DNA of 62,838 nt, counting the filler, from Chiloscyllium plagiosum (Eukaryota): NCBI RefSeq assembly GCF_004010195.1. It is 5 parts of one record of this genome, joined end to end, with 100 filler letters (N's around TTAATTAATTAA, not from the genome) between each part and the next. Parts side by side here need not be neighbours in the genome. Positions count along the whole stretch, not along the records: positions 15,630 to 27,828 come from NC_057717.1; positions 27,929 to 48,562 come from NC_057717.1; 3 more parts are not named here. The stretch is one strand, 5' to 3'. The number at the start of each line of letters is the position of its first letter. Position 1 is the stretch's first letter. Below, piece after piece: positions 24,261-37,490 of this stretch. A program made the position numbers and the translations under genes. The notes under the pieces were generated by a model, which saw only the letters and a program-made list of their open reading frames with translations, searched no databases and was not told where the DNA came from.

Positions 24261-27200
24261 GCATATTTATTTTATGTTCTTATTCTTGGTATTGGACGCC
24301 GTCCCCAAAGTCTGATATCTCCAGCTAGTCCTATTTCACTGAGAAGAGCCACGTTTATTCAATTTGTCAGTGAAGTAATCATTCAATTATAACATGTACC
24401 TTAACCGAGCAGTTGGTGCTCACATCCCTGGATTCCCATGGGACATCATTATCAAGCTCAGAAACAATTGCAAAATGTATGGCTTGAGCTCTCCTGTATG
24501 TTCCGGCTGTGGGTCCTAATTGGCTCCTTCTTGTATCGAGAGCTGGCGTTGTGAAGCCGTGTTTGTTCAGAATTCTTCCTCCCATGGGGCATCTAGGACA
24601 CCAGACACAATGCTTATTGTTACACAAAGGCACTGACCAAAGTAGCCAAAATGTCCGCGCCTGCATTGTTCAAAAAGGACCCACGTCCTATGTAAAAGGT
24701 CCATTTTCTGGTGCATGATAATTGTAAGGAAGACCAGGGAGATGTACTTCATAACTAACCTACACAACCCCGAGATTCCTGGGGATTGTCCGACACCCAC
24801 CTCATCAGAATGTTCTTTCTAGCACAAAATGGAAGAATACTAAACAGTTTCTTCCCAAAGATGGGTGATCTGGCAAACCCAAGAGGCAGGACATCAGATC
24901 TACTTGACCTCGGTTCCAAGACCCCTTCCAAAACACTCGCTAGAGGACCGTAATAGCTACGAGGTTAGTCATATAGCCATAAACAATGAGTATGCGTACC
25001 CACATCTGTTTTACATTTGGGCACGCTTGGGACGCTCCTTTCTTAAATTTGGCAAGCCACTCCAATGCCAAATAAACCCTGTGGAGTACCTTCAGTTGCA
25101 TAGATTGCGTCCTATTGCAAATCGAAATCTTCCAGACATTCTTCCAAATATCTGCCCACTCCTCTGTTGAAGATTCCACCCCCGATTGCTGAACCCAAAT
25201 TCCACACAGCTGCTCGATGTCCTTTGAGACACTACCTCCTATTAAATGCTAGAGAGTACTGACTGAGAGAGTGCACATGGACTGAAGCACTTTCACCTCC
25301 ATATTCGACTTATGGGGACTAACCATTAAGGTAGTTTTTTTTTTCTGTATAAAATCCCTAATCTCCTTGATAGCTCATATTTCTGCCTCAGCTGCTCGAA
25401 AGACGTCATGCCCACCCCGTCAATTAAGACTCCCAAACAAAAACGTCTTCTGCACTCCCAGAGCCAAAAGCCAGAATCCATCAATCCTGCAATGGGAGTA
25501 AAAGGGGAAGTGTTTTTTTTGTAAATTGCCCTCACTTTGTTGCATAATTGTCCGTGCTTTAACTGTGTTAAGGACACGTGATTTCTGCAATGGTCCATAA
25601 CAGTCCGCAGCTTATCCATGAACAACAGATTAATGAGGGGACATTTTGTCTGGGAGGCATCGATGTCCAACCACATTGACCGCGGGTCTTGGCAAATCAA
25701 ATCAGCCAAATAGGATAGGAGGGAACTCAATTGGTATTTGTTAAAGTCTGTAAAATCCACATCCCTCAGCTCCCGCGGAAACTGCAATTGGGTGAGCTCC
25801 ATACGAGGCCGCCTGTGATGTCAAATAAAATATCCAAGCCGACTGTAAAGCTCCGTATAGGCTGACTGGGCAGTATCAAAAGGTGCAATTGCCTGGGATA
25901 TAATAAACGGAGGAACACATTCATTTTGACCGGAGATATTCTTCTCAACTAGTATAGAAAGGTACTCCCAGTGCTGAAGGTCCTGCCTTGTGTTCTCGAG
26001 CAACTGCAGGAAGATAGCTTTATCTAATTGATTGAAGGTTGGAGTGATAAAAATGCCGAAATACAGGAAACCTCCCTCTGACCATCTCAAAGGGAATCGG
26101 ATTCCACCTACAAGATCCGGTATTCTAATAAGACCCAGACAGGCCTGGTCTCCGATTTCATAAAGTTGATTTTATACCCCAAGAAAGATCCAAATACATT
26201 AATCACTTACGGCACAGATATTATCGAGTTAGTTAGAAAGAAAAGAACGCCATCTGCATAAAGTGTGATCTTATGCCATCATGATCCTTTCTCCAGGGCA
26301 GTAATATTGTGGTGCATCCGGATGGGCTCTGCCAACGGTTCAATCACCAATGTAAATAGTAACGGTGAAAGAGGACACCATTGACGACTGACTCTGCCAT
26401 TGCTAAAATTGTCAGACCTTATACCATGAGTGACTAGATAATACTGTCACCCACCTGGCAAAAGCATATCCAAGGCCAAACTATTCCAGGACATAATAGA
26501 GGTACGGCCACTCCACCCGGTCAAATGTTTTCTCTGCATCCACTACCAAGCCTGGACTCGACCCTTGCTGGCATACTTGAACCATATTAGCACTCTCCTG
26601 TTATTATTAGATGACCCGTGACCACTACTAAAACCTGTCTGGTCCTATTTGACAATGAAGGGCAAGACCTCCTCCAGCTTCAACGCCAGAATTTTCACCA
26701 AAATATGAAAGTCCACATTTAATAAGGATAAAGGCATTTATGAATTGCAGTCCTTGGGAGAATAAGACAAATATTTCCTTCTCTCGGAGAGGATGGGAGG
26801 CAGGCCTGACTGTATGAAGAATTGTGCATATCCAACATTGGCCCAGTCAGCATGTCTACGAACTCCTTTTAAATCTCACGCTAAAATCCATCTGGGCCCG
26901 GTGCTTTATCACTTTGGAGCTGCCTCACCGCCTCCTGTATCTATTGGCTTGTCAAAGGGGCATTCGAAAGAGACGCCTGCTCTGAGGTTACACCTGGGAG
27001 GTCCGGGGTATTAAAAAAGGGCTTCAATGTCGGCAATCTGTCCTTACAGCCCTTTGACTGGAAGAGCCCAGAAAAGAACTTCATGAATGCTGCATTAATC
27101 TTTCTGGGATCGCAGATGATTTTAACAGCACACGCACTAATGGATGTGATAGACTGGAGGCAATCCTCTTTCTGGCCAAGTATGCCAGATATCTACCCGG

Positions 27201-27501
27201 GTTATCACATTAGTCGAATACCCTCTGTTTCGGAAATGAAATCGCTTTTTTTGCTTTCTGGGTGACAGCAGCGTTCAGAGCAGCCCGGAGCATTGTAATC
27301 TGCTGCAACTTAGTTACAGACGGTCTGTCAAAATACGCTCTGTCTACTGCTGTTCTCCCTTCTACCACTTCCGAGTCGCCGAGTAAGAAATAATCAAACC
27401 CCTTGCATAGGCCTTGGCAGTCTCCGAAAGCACCGTCGGATTACTGGCCGTCCAAATTGATGTACAAAAATTTTTACATCCCATGAAAAATATTCAATAA
27501 C

Positions 27502-27938
27502 AAAGCAAATCTTAGCAGGACTTATACACTTAATGGCAAGGTGCTAGGGAGTGTTGCTGGACAAAGAGACCTTGGAGTGCAGGTTCATAGCTCCTTGAAA
27601 GTGGAGCCGCAGGTAGATACGATAGTGAGAAAGGCGCTTGGTATGCTTTCCTTTATTGGTCAGAGTATTGAGTACAGTAGTTGGGAGGTCATGTTGCGGC
27701 TGTACAGGACATTGGTTCGGCCTCTGTTGGAATATTACGTGTAATTCTGGTATCCTTCCTATCGGAAAGATGTTGTGAAGCTTGAAAGGGTTCAGAAAAG
27801 TTTTACAAGGATGTTGCCAGGGTTGGAGNNNNNNNNNNNNNNNNNNNNNNNNNNNNNNNNNNNNNNNNNNNNTTAATTAATTAANNNNNNNNNNNNNNNN
27901 NNNNNNNNNNNNNNNNNNNNNNNNNNNNCTCTATGACT
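27502..27938 (+). mobile_element. 5'-truncated CR1/HER1 nested in L1 ORF2 (spans a gap)
   Basis: QRDLGVQVHSSLKV...LYRTLVRPLLEY; CTCTATGACT tail after the gap. Confidence 0.85.
27829..27928. other. Assembly gap with TTAATTAATTAA linker
   Basis: 100-bp N/linker construct. Confidence 0.97.
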
Positions 27939-28996
27939 AGCTATCCTTCAGGAGGAAGGTATCCATGCACCACTGCTGCGAACCTGTCCCATCACCACCC
28001 TCCCAAATCTCCATGTACACTGTCGCATGATCAGAAATGGCTATGGTCCCAATTCTACAGGACAGCGCTGAATTCAAAAAGGCCACTGGGGCAAAAACAT
28101 GTCAATCCTGGTTTGGCACTTATGTGGGTTAGGTAAAAAGGTGAAGTCCCTTCCCTAAAGGTGAACAATCTCCACACATCCACCAAGCCCAGCTCCCTGT
28201 TTAGATCCACCATCTGCCTAGATTGCAGGGAAATATAGTCGAGAACCCGTAAGACCCTATCCACCTTGGGATCCATATATCGGTTAAAGTCTCCCCCTAA
28301 AATTGTATGACGTCCCCCAAGGGCCATCAACCTGGAGAGTGCATCCGTTAATTTGAAGGGTGTACCAGGGGCAGGATGGAGGACGGGAAAACTTTCTGGC
28401 TGAACAGCTGCTCCTTTTTTGAGGTAGTTTAGATGCTGGAGGTGATTTCCTTGAATTCCAGGAGCAGCAATTACTGTTTTATATGTTGTTGCATTGTTTT
28501 TGAACTTTGGGGGAAAAAAAAACAATGTCAAAAGAACATCAGTTTCAAAAGCGGGAAGAACGGACAAAAGAAGCACATGGTGAGGACAGTACAGGGGAGA
28601 GAGACAGAGAGAGACAGAGAGAGAGAGAGAAAACCTGCACAGTTACTGCCTTTGCTGTTTTGAATTCATGTATCGTTGGACATCGGAGTGCGCCTGCAAA
28701 AACTAACAAACAGTGAATTTCACGACTAATCTTGGAGAAACCTGTTTGGGCGAAATTCACAACACAGAATCAGATAGGTTAATCGTTGTTTTAATTCTGT
28801 ACAATAGAAAGGCTGCAGTAGTGAGTATACTGGGATCTTTCTTGATTATATGTTTTTTTTGTAGATACGTCTCTTGATTAAACTTAAAATAAAAGCCATA
28901 GCTATTAATTTAACCTGGTGCAGTGTTTTGTAGAGGAATAAGACGGTGTTATTTCCTGGGTCTGTAAATTGTGAAGGTGCAAAACTGGCCTTTGCA

Positions 28997-29910
28997 ATGA
29001 TATGTACTTCTTGTCAGATGTGGGAGTTTAAAGAGAGTTTACTACGGATTATATCTGCCATAAATGTTGTTGGATGCGAGTCTTACCAGATCAAATGGAT
29101 CGGTTGGATAGACAGTTCGAAGCGATGAGGAATTTGCAACCGCAACAGTATGTGATGTATGGCTGTTATAGGAAGGGGGAAAGTCTCAGATACAGTCACA
29201 TAGATGGGTTAACTCCAAGAAGGGTAAGAGAGGTAGGCACCTAGGGCAGAAGTCTATTGTGGATGTACCCATTTCAAACAGGTATGCTGTTTTGGAAAAT
29301 GTAGGTGGTGATGGATTCTCAGGGGAACGTAGCACGAACAGTCAAGTTTCTGGTATTGAGACTGGCTCTAACGCAACGAGTGGTACATCGGCTTCCAAGA
29401 GATCAATTGTGTTAGGGGATTCTGTAGTCCGAGGTACAGACAGACGTTTCTGTGGCCAGTAGAGAAAAAGCAGAATGGAGTGTTGTTTCCCTGGTGCCAG
29501 AATCAAGGATGTCTCGGAGAGAGTACAGAATATTCTCACGGGGGGAAGAGGGTTCAGCGAGAGGTCATTGTCCACATTGGACCAACGATATAGGAAGGGA
29601 CAAGGTTGAGATTCTGAAGTGAGATTAGAGAGAGTTAGGCAGAAATTTAAAATGAAGTCCTCAAGGGTAGTAATATCTGGATTACTCCCAGCGCTACGAG
29701 CTAGTGAGGGCAGGAATAGGAGGATAGAGCAGATGAATGCATGGCTGAGGAGCTGATGCATGAGAGAAGGACTCAAATTTTTGAATCATTGGAATCTCTT
29801 TTGGGGTAGAAGTGACCTGTACAAGAAGGACAGATTGCACCTAAATTGGAAGGGGAGTAATATACTGACAGGGAAATTTGCTGGAACTGCTCGGGAGGAT
29901 TTAAACTAGT
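28997..29910 (+). pseudogene. CR1 ORF1 (zinc finger plus SGNH esterase), disrupted
   Basis: CTSCQMWE...YICHKC; IVLGDSVVRGTDRRFCG; CCFPGARIKDV; VHIGTND-like motif; stops and frameshifts. Confidence 0.85.
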
Positions 29911-30039
29911 AAGGTGTGGGGGGTGGGGGGATCCACGGACATAATCAGAAAAGAGATTAATCTGAGACTGGTACAGTTGAGAACAGAAATCAATCAAACA
30001 GTTAGGGCAGGCAGGGACAATGTAGGACTAATAAATTAA

Positions 30040-32790
30040 ACTGCATGTATTCAATGCAAGGTGCCTAACAGGGAAGGCAGATGAACTCAGGGCATAGTTA
30101 GGAACATGGGACTGGGATATCATGGCGATTACAGAAACATGGCTCAGGGATGGGCAGGACTGGCAGCTTAATGTTCCAGGAAGTATAGAAAGGGACGCAA
30201 GAGAGGAGGGCGAGTGGCATTTTTGATAAGGGATCGCATTACAGCTGTGCTGAGGGAGGGTATTCCCGGCAATATATCCACGGACGTTATTTGGGTGGAA
30301 CTGAGAAATAGGGAAGAAATTATCACCTTTTTGGGATTGTATTATAGACCCTCCAATAGTCAAATGGAAATTGAAAAACAAACTTGTCGGGATATCTCAG
30401 CTATCCGGAAGATTAATAGGGTAGGTATAGTAGAGGATTTCTAACTTTCCAAACATAGACTGGGACTTCCAATTTGTTAAAGTATTCGATGGAGAGGCAT
30501 TTCTTAAGAGCGTACAAGATAATTTTCAGATTCAATACGTGGATATACCTACTACAGAAGGTGCAAAACCTGACCTACTCTTGGATATACCTACTCGAGA
30601 AGGTACAAAACTACCTACAGAGATTAGGTGACTGAGGTGTCAGTGGGGGAGAAATGTGGGGCCAGCGAACACAATTCTATTCGGTTTAAAATAGAGATAG
30701 AAAAGGATAGACCAGATCTAAAGGTTGAAGTTCTAAATTGGAGAAAGGCCAATTTTGACGGTATTAGGCAAGTACTTTCGAAAGCTGATTGCAGGCAGAT
30801 TTTGGCAGGTAAAGGGATGGCTGGAAAATGGGAAGCCTTCAGAAATGAGATAACAAGAATCCAGAGAAAGTATATTCCTGTCAGGGTGAAATGAAAGGCT
30901 GGTAGGTATAGGGAATGCTGGATAACTAAAGAAATTGAGGGTTTGGTTAAGAAAAAGAAGGAAGCATATGTCAGGTATAGACAGGATAGATCGAGTGAAT
31001 CCTTAGATGAGTAGAAGGGAAGTAGGAGCATACTTCAGAGGGAAATCAAGAGGGCAAAAAGGGGATATGAGATAGCTTTTGCAAATATAATTAAGCAGAA
31101 TGCAAAGGGTTTTTACAAATGTATTAAGGACAAAAATGTAACTAGGGAGAGAATAGGGCCTCTCAAATATCAGCAAGGCGGCCTTTGTGTGGAGCCACGG
31201 AAAAGGGGGAGATACTAAATGAATATGTTGCATCAGTATTTACTGTGGAAAAGGATTTGGAAGATATAGACTGGAGGGAAATAGATGGTGACATCTTGCA
31301 AAATGTCCAGATTACAGAGGAAGAAGTACTGGATGTCTTGAAACGGGTAAAGGTGGATAAATCCCCAGGTCCTGATCAGGTGTACCCGAGACCTCTGTGG
31401 GAAGCTCGAGAAGAGATTGCTGGGCCCGTTACTGAGGTATTTTTATCATTGATAGTCGCACGTGAGGTGCCGGAAGACTGGAGGTTGGCAATCGTGGTGC
31501 CACTGTTTAAGAAGGGCCATATAGACAAACCAGGGAACTCTAGACCGGTGAGCCTGATCTTGGTGATGGGCAACTTGCTGGAGGGACTCCTGAGGGATAT
31601 GATGTACATGTATTTGGAAAAGCAAGGACTGATTAGGGATAGGGATTAGGGATTAGTAACATGAAGGATTGATGAGGGCAGAGCAGTGGATGTCATCTAT
31701 TTGGACTTCAGTAAGGCGTTCGACAAGGTTCCCCATGGGAGACTCATTAGCACGGTTAGATCTCATGGAATGCAGGGGAACTAGCCATTTGGACACAGAA
31801 CTGGCACAACGGTAGAAGAGAGAGAGGGTGGTGGTGAAGGGTTGTTTTTCAGAATGGAGGCCTGTGACCAGTGGAGTGCCGCAAGGATCTGTGCTGGGTC
31901 CACTACTTTTTGGCATTTACATAAATGATGTGGATGCGAGCATAAGAGGTACAGTAAGTAAGTTTGCAGATGACACCAAAATTGAGGGTGTAGTGGACAG
32001 CGAAGAGGGTCACCTCAGGTTACAACAGGATCTGGACCAATTGAGCCAATGGGCTGAGAAGTGGCAGATGGAGTGTAATGCAGGTAAGTGCGAGGTGCTG
32101 CATTTTGTGAAAGCAAATCTTAGCAGAACTTATACACTTAATGGAAAGGTCCTAGGGAGAGTTGCTGAACAAAGAGACCTTGGAGTGCAGGTTCATTGCT
32201 CCTTGAAAGTTGAGTCGCAGGTAGATAAGATAGTGAATAAAGCGATTGGTATGTTTTCTTTTATTGTTCAGAGTATTGAATACAGGAGTTGGGAGGTCAT
32301 GTTGCAGCTGTACAGGGCATTGTTTAGACCACTGTTGGAATATTGCGTGTAATTCTGGTATCCTTCCTATCGGATTGATATTGTGAATCCTGAAAGGGTT
32401 CAGAAATGTTTTACAAGGATGTTGCCAGGGCTGGAGGATTTCAGCTATAGGGAGACGCTGAACAGGCTGGGGCTATTTTCTCGGGAGTGTCGGAGGCTGA
32501 GAGGAGACCTTATAAAGTTGCACAAAATTAAGAGGGGCATGGATACAGTAAATAGGCAAAGTCATTTAAATGGGGTTGGGGAGTTCAGAACTAGAGGGCA
32601 TAGGTTTAGGGTGAGAAGTGAAAGATATAAAAGAGACCTGAAAGGCAACTTTTCAAGGGTGGTACGTGTATGGAGTGAGCTACGAGAGGAAATGGTGGAG
32701 GTTGGTACAATTGCAACATATAAGAGACATTTCGATGGATTAAAGAAGGGTTTCCAGGGATATGGGCCGGGTGCTGGCTGGTGGGACTAG
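30040..32790 (+). pseudogene. CR1 ORF2 (AP endonuclease plus reverse transcriptase), disrupted
   Basis: ITETW; GLYYRP; KSPGPD; SGVPQGSVLGPLLF; SKFADDTK; multiple stops and frameshifts. Confidence 0.93.
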
Positions 32791-33798
32791 ATTGGTTTGG
32801 GATATCTAGTCGGCATGGATGGGTTGGACCGAAGGGTGTGTTTCCATGCATCTCTATGACTCTATGACTCTCTCCCATGTTCCTCTCAATGTATTAAAGC
32901 TTCATGGATCAGAAAAAGCTGACAGTCGTCCTGAATTTGGACAAACAACTGATATAGAACGTTCTTCTGAATGGGAAAAGCTACCCCTCTACATTTTCAA
33001 TTAAAGGATGAAAAGAACACCCAGCCAAACACTCTCTTCTGTTACTTTAAATGTTCCTTATCGGTTAGATGTCTTTTCTCTGGCACCAATGCTACATTGA
33101 CCCTTTCCTTTCTAAGGTCTGAACGCATCATTTGGTGAATGACTCCTGCCTAATGTTCCAGGTGCACTATTTAAATGAGCTGTTAGCCATACCATCCGAA
33201 ATAGCCCGTGATCCCCCTGTGAGGAAGGATCATTTGTACTGTGCACTGTGAGAGAGTGGTAAACAGTTCATATAAACTTGAAACTACAACTGCAAAAACT
33301 ACCAACTCAAAACACCTAACTACTCCTTGTACAATGAACCAACATATTACACAAATAAGAGGTGATTCTCCCTCCTTCCCCACAGGGAGCGCTCATACTA
33401 CCCACTAATCCCTCTTGGCTCCTACTAGCTGAAGCTGCTCGCCAAACCCAGACAAAACAAACTTTTTAAAAGTTACATGTGTCTTACAACAAGAAAATTA
33501 GAAGTGGGTACTCAACCCGTCCCATCCATGTCCAAGGCATTGCTGGTGAAAAAAAACTGTAACCCTCCACCACCCCACCACCCCACCCCCTGAACACTGC
33601 CCCCATTCCGTACTAAGAGAATCGAAAAGGAAATTAGAGATAAAAAGATTAATGGGAGGGGAGGAAGAAACAAGAAAAGAGAGAAAGAGAAATGAATGGG
33701 ACCCCCATATATTAAAAAAAAACAAAACCAGGTAAACGAGGCAAACCACAGAGGAAACAAAGAGAACATGATTGCCCATACTATTTGAGGCAGCCAAT

Positions 33799-34651
33799 CT
33801 ATCTTAAGGTGTCCAGGAAGTCATTTGCATTTTCTAGTGAGTCAAAATTAAACACGGACACTCCGTGGTTGAAACGTAATATTGTCGGGTATCTGACAGT
33901 ATACTGAATATTTAATTCCCTCAGCCGCTTTGTTGCCCTATCAAAGGCCTGCCTCGTGTGAACCAAGGGCCATAGAAAGGTCCTGGAAAAACGTAATTCG
34001 TGATCCTTTGGATATAAAAGCCTGTGGATCCTTCCCCAGTGCTGAAGAACCATTTGTTTCTCTCCATAGTGCTGGAGTTGTACAAGGACTGGGCGGGGAT
34101 GCTGGTCTCACCCGTGCTTGTGCACTGTGACCTGGTGGGCCTGCTCGACATGCACGCGGCCCGTCTCGAAATCCAGCTTCAAAAAACTACCAAAGCCATT
34201 GTTCCAAAAACTGACGGGCTGGCCTTCTTCTTCCCGTCCCACCAGCCCGATCATGCAGATATTCTTATGATGGCATCGATTTTCAAAGTCGACCTGCTCC
34301 TCCAGGCCCGGTACCTGCCAACCCAAAGTCTGGACCCTACGTGCTGTGGATTCCACTGCAGTTTCAGAGGACACAGTCCGCTGCTCATCCTCCATGACAT
34401 GTGTCTGAAACTCTGGATCTCCGAGTCATGCTCCTGCAGCATGGCCTCGATCAGTTCCAGCCTGGCCTGGGTCTCCTCCATCTCTGAATCAATCTTCTCT
34501 CGGAGTTTTACATACACCATGACCAAGCTCTGCTCTAATGTTAAGTCCCCTGGCGGGTTCGCAGAGGCCGACGCCACTGCCGAGGATGTATCCGTGGCTG
34601 CAGGGCAGTGCATGCTAGTTGCGATCCACGTGGTCCTTTACCCTCAGTCAT
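33799..34651 (-). pseudogene. L1 ORF1, frameshifted
   Basis: Coiled-coil-like segment, then ENRCHHKNICMIGL.GREEEG, and RQAFDRATKRLRELNIQYTVRYPTILRF...F (L1 ORF1 RRM/CTD pattern). Confidence 0.85.
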
Positions 34652-35019
34652 TTTCTTTACCCACTTCAACTAACATACAGCAATACAGGGGGGCAGTATT
34701 TTTTTTACCACAATGGGTAAGAAAGAGAATGTGAATGCACCACTTTGTATGGGTTCTGCTGTAGAGCTGAGCAGGGCAAACCTACTGGGTCGCCAATATC
34801 TTGGATCTCCCCCGAAAATAAATCACCTTTAATGACTTTTTTAAAATGTTGCCGTGGGTCACCTCATAACCGTTAAGAATTACATGGACCAGCATCAGAC
34901 ACTCATAACATTCCCGGCTACAGGCTGCATGTAGGAATGTGGGAATAATGTATATCGTGCTGTATTTCTGATGGTGCAGAATATCTCCTTCTCTGATTGT
35001 ATGATTGTGGAAGGGTAGT

Positions 35020-35580
35020 CATTGAGCAGCCTCAGGCAGAAATTGCTGGCTTCTGAAAACACGTATTAATAAAGGTTATACGACTCAACTGCAATAGCAT
35101 CCAAAACTATGTTATTGGGAAAGTAATCGAAAAGTAGCAGTTTATTACAATCTGAAACCAGAGAATGGAGAATGGAAAACAGGGAAATTGCGGAACTGTG
35201 AAGCAAGTACTTCAATTCTGTCTTCACAGAAGAAAATATCAACAAAACAAAAAAAAACTTTCCAGCTCGACTAGGAAACCCAAGTCAGGTGAAAAAAAGA
35301 ATAGAATGAAATTAGTCAATACATGGTTTTGTAGAAAATATTGGGACTGAAAGTAATGAACATAGACAACGTCAGCATAAATTTATGAAATGGGATCATA
35401 TTTGAGATACGGGCTGGTTAGTTAATTATGGTGAAGCAATGGATGTAATGTATTTGAATTTTTGGAAATTTTTTCGGTAAATTCCCAAAACTAATGTGCA
35501 GCATCACATCTTATGGAACTGGGGCTAACGTATGGACATGGCCTCAGCACGACATAGCTGGCAGGAAACAATGAGTGGTA
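35020..35580 (+). mobile_element. Old CR1 ORF2 remnant
   Basis: TACTTCAATTCTGTCTTCACAGAAGAA (YF.SVFTEE); CAGCATAAATTTATGAAA; ATGGATGTAATGTATTTGAATTTT (MDVMYL.F). Confidence 0.6.
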
Positions 35581-36399
35581 TATTTTGATATCGATTTTGT
35601 GTTTACTCTCAGATGTATTTTACGGGGTAAATACAAGACATTTGTGCATCAAACTGGCACCTTTTTAAATAATTTGAATACTGAATATTGAAAAAAGTTA
35701 AATGTATAGGTAGAAGAAAGTCATTGGGTCCTGAGTCAGCGCCTTACTATCGGTGGCTCCTGAATCCCCCATCATTGGACATCAGCTTCATCACCATCTT
35801 CACCAGAGGCTACTAACATCGAAGTTGCTGATCCTCAGGTGCCAACTTGGCAGCTGGGCCAATATTCTTCCATCACCACCTCGTTGCCCCCATTGCCAGA
35901 CCCTCCAATGTCAGAGACATGTCTCTTACGGTTGTGCCCACCTCATCGACGTTGCTATGATGCCCTTTCATCGTCTACTTCATTAGCACCAACGCACCAT
36001 CCAACCAACAACGAAGTTCCTGATCCTCTGGCATCACCTTTTGCTACTGGGCCGACCGCACACATGTTGCCTCTGCTGATGTGACAGTCGCAAATTCCAG
36101 GTCCTGTGCATGCTCCGGAAAAGCAAGCAGGGACACACTCTCCGCTGCACTGTGCCCAGCTCAAGGTCCATACACTGTGCTCCACTTGAGACCTCTCGAC
36201 GGCCATGCCCTGAGTTCATTGAAAGTCTGCATATTTGCGCTGTCGTTGCTGCTGATGCTGTCCAAGCTACAAAGTCAGTAAGTCACAGAGAGAAAAGAGA
36301 GGGGGAGAAAATAAGGGAAAAAGCAAGTCAGAGTGTACAAGCCCTAGCAAAGGAGTCATTAAACCAGAAATACCTGAATAAAAGGACCCTTTCATGGAA

Positions 36400-37490
36400 G
36401 ACAAAGGCTCATGGTGTATCACAGGGATCGAGGATTGGATCCCAACTATACCTAACACATCCAATATTTGGTTGAGGGAACCAAATGCAGTATTTCCCTG
36501 CTGACAGCACTAAACCATATTGGATTGTCAGTGGGTGAGGAGGGTGTAGTAAAGCTCGATATTAATTGAGATAAGTGGAGCGAATGTTTGGTAGATGTAG
36601 AGCAGTATGGGTAGATGTGACGTTGTGCAATTCGCTGGATAAATAGAACAGCAGCCGACCATTTGAAAATGGATTCGTTCTAAAATGTTGATATATAAAC
36701 GGACTTATGCTCCTTTATTTATTTCTGCCTGCGCAGCCTCCGAGGTCCATTTTCGGCAGTGAGTTCTGAATCCAGAATTCAATACTGGAATGGCATTGGC
36801 ACGCTGACCAGTGTATATAGGCACAGCAAGTGGGAGCTGTAACATTGAAAATGATCTGGATCTCCCTGTACTCCAGTCACTGAAAGCAATATTGCAGGAA
36901 CAGAAAGCAGTTAGTAACATAAATAATGTGTTGACCTTCATTTCAGGGGGATTTGAGTCCAGGAGTAAGGTTGTCTGTCTGCAGCTGTACAGGGCCTTGG
37001 TGAGACCCCATCTCTAACATTGTATAGTATTGTGTGCAGTTTTGGTCTTCTTACCTAATAAAGGACAAAGCTGACATTGAGGAAGAGGATTGAAGGATGA
37101 CCAGACTGATCTCTGGGATGACAGGCTTGTTGTCGGAGAAGGGAATGACGCGACTGGGCCTGTATTCCATGGTGTTTAAGAGGATGAGTGGTGATCACAG
37201 TGAGATATATAAAACTCTGACAGGGTGAGATGGATTGAAAGCTCTGGCTGAGATGTCTAACACCACGGGCCACAGTATTAGGTGCAGACTAGCCACACTG
37301 CATTGAGATGAGAATAAATGTCTACACTCAGAGATTGGTGAACCTAGGGAATTCGTTCCCAGGTCAGGCTGTGGAAACCAAGACACTGGTTATACACAAG
37401 GATTTCTAGACAGTAAATGGGTGGCGAGAATAGGCTTATGGTGTGGAGGTAAACGATCAGCTGTCATTGTGTTGAATGGGGTAGAACATT
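36400..37490 (+). mobile_element. Old CR1 3' region with a ~160-bp internal insertion (36707-36867)
   Basis: GVSQGSRIG; LQLYRALVRPHL; CVQFWS; typical CR1 3' end. Confidence 0.75.

Larger units (their letters stand above)
17798..30986 (+). repeat. Segmental duplication, copy A
   Basis: Colinear with 38486-48562, with many near-identical ORF pairs (e.g. 18500/39176, 20270/40946, 29259/46623, 30628/48204). Confidence 0.95.
28385..32870 (+). mobile_element. Near-full-length CR1 (HER1-like) LINE nested in the L1 endonuclease region
   Basis: 5' UTR, ORF1, ORF2 and (CTCTATGA)n 3' tail at 32852-32870. 5' boundary inferred from where L1 homology resumes. Confidence 0.92.
24265..34813 (-). mobile_element. 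Near-full-length decayed L1-clade LINE interrupted by two CR1 insertions
   Basis: GC-rich 5' start at 34813; ORF1 33799-34651; ORF2 pieces: 33190 (TWNIR), 28380-27940 (ILGGDFN), ~26385 ([16 protein letters not shown]), ~26260 (ITLYADG), FLYFGIFI, ~25100 (QLKVLHRVY, then CP). 3' boundary approximate. Confidence 0.88.

Noticed and set aside
34024..34734. 236-aa plus-strand ORF
   Set aside because: Antisense shadow of L1 ORF1.
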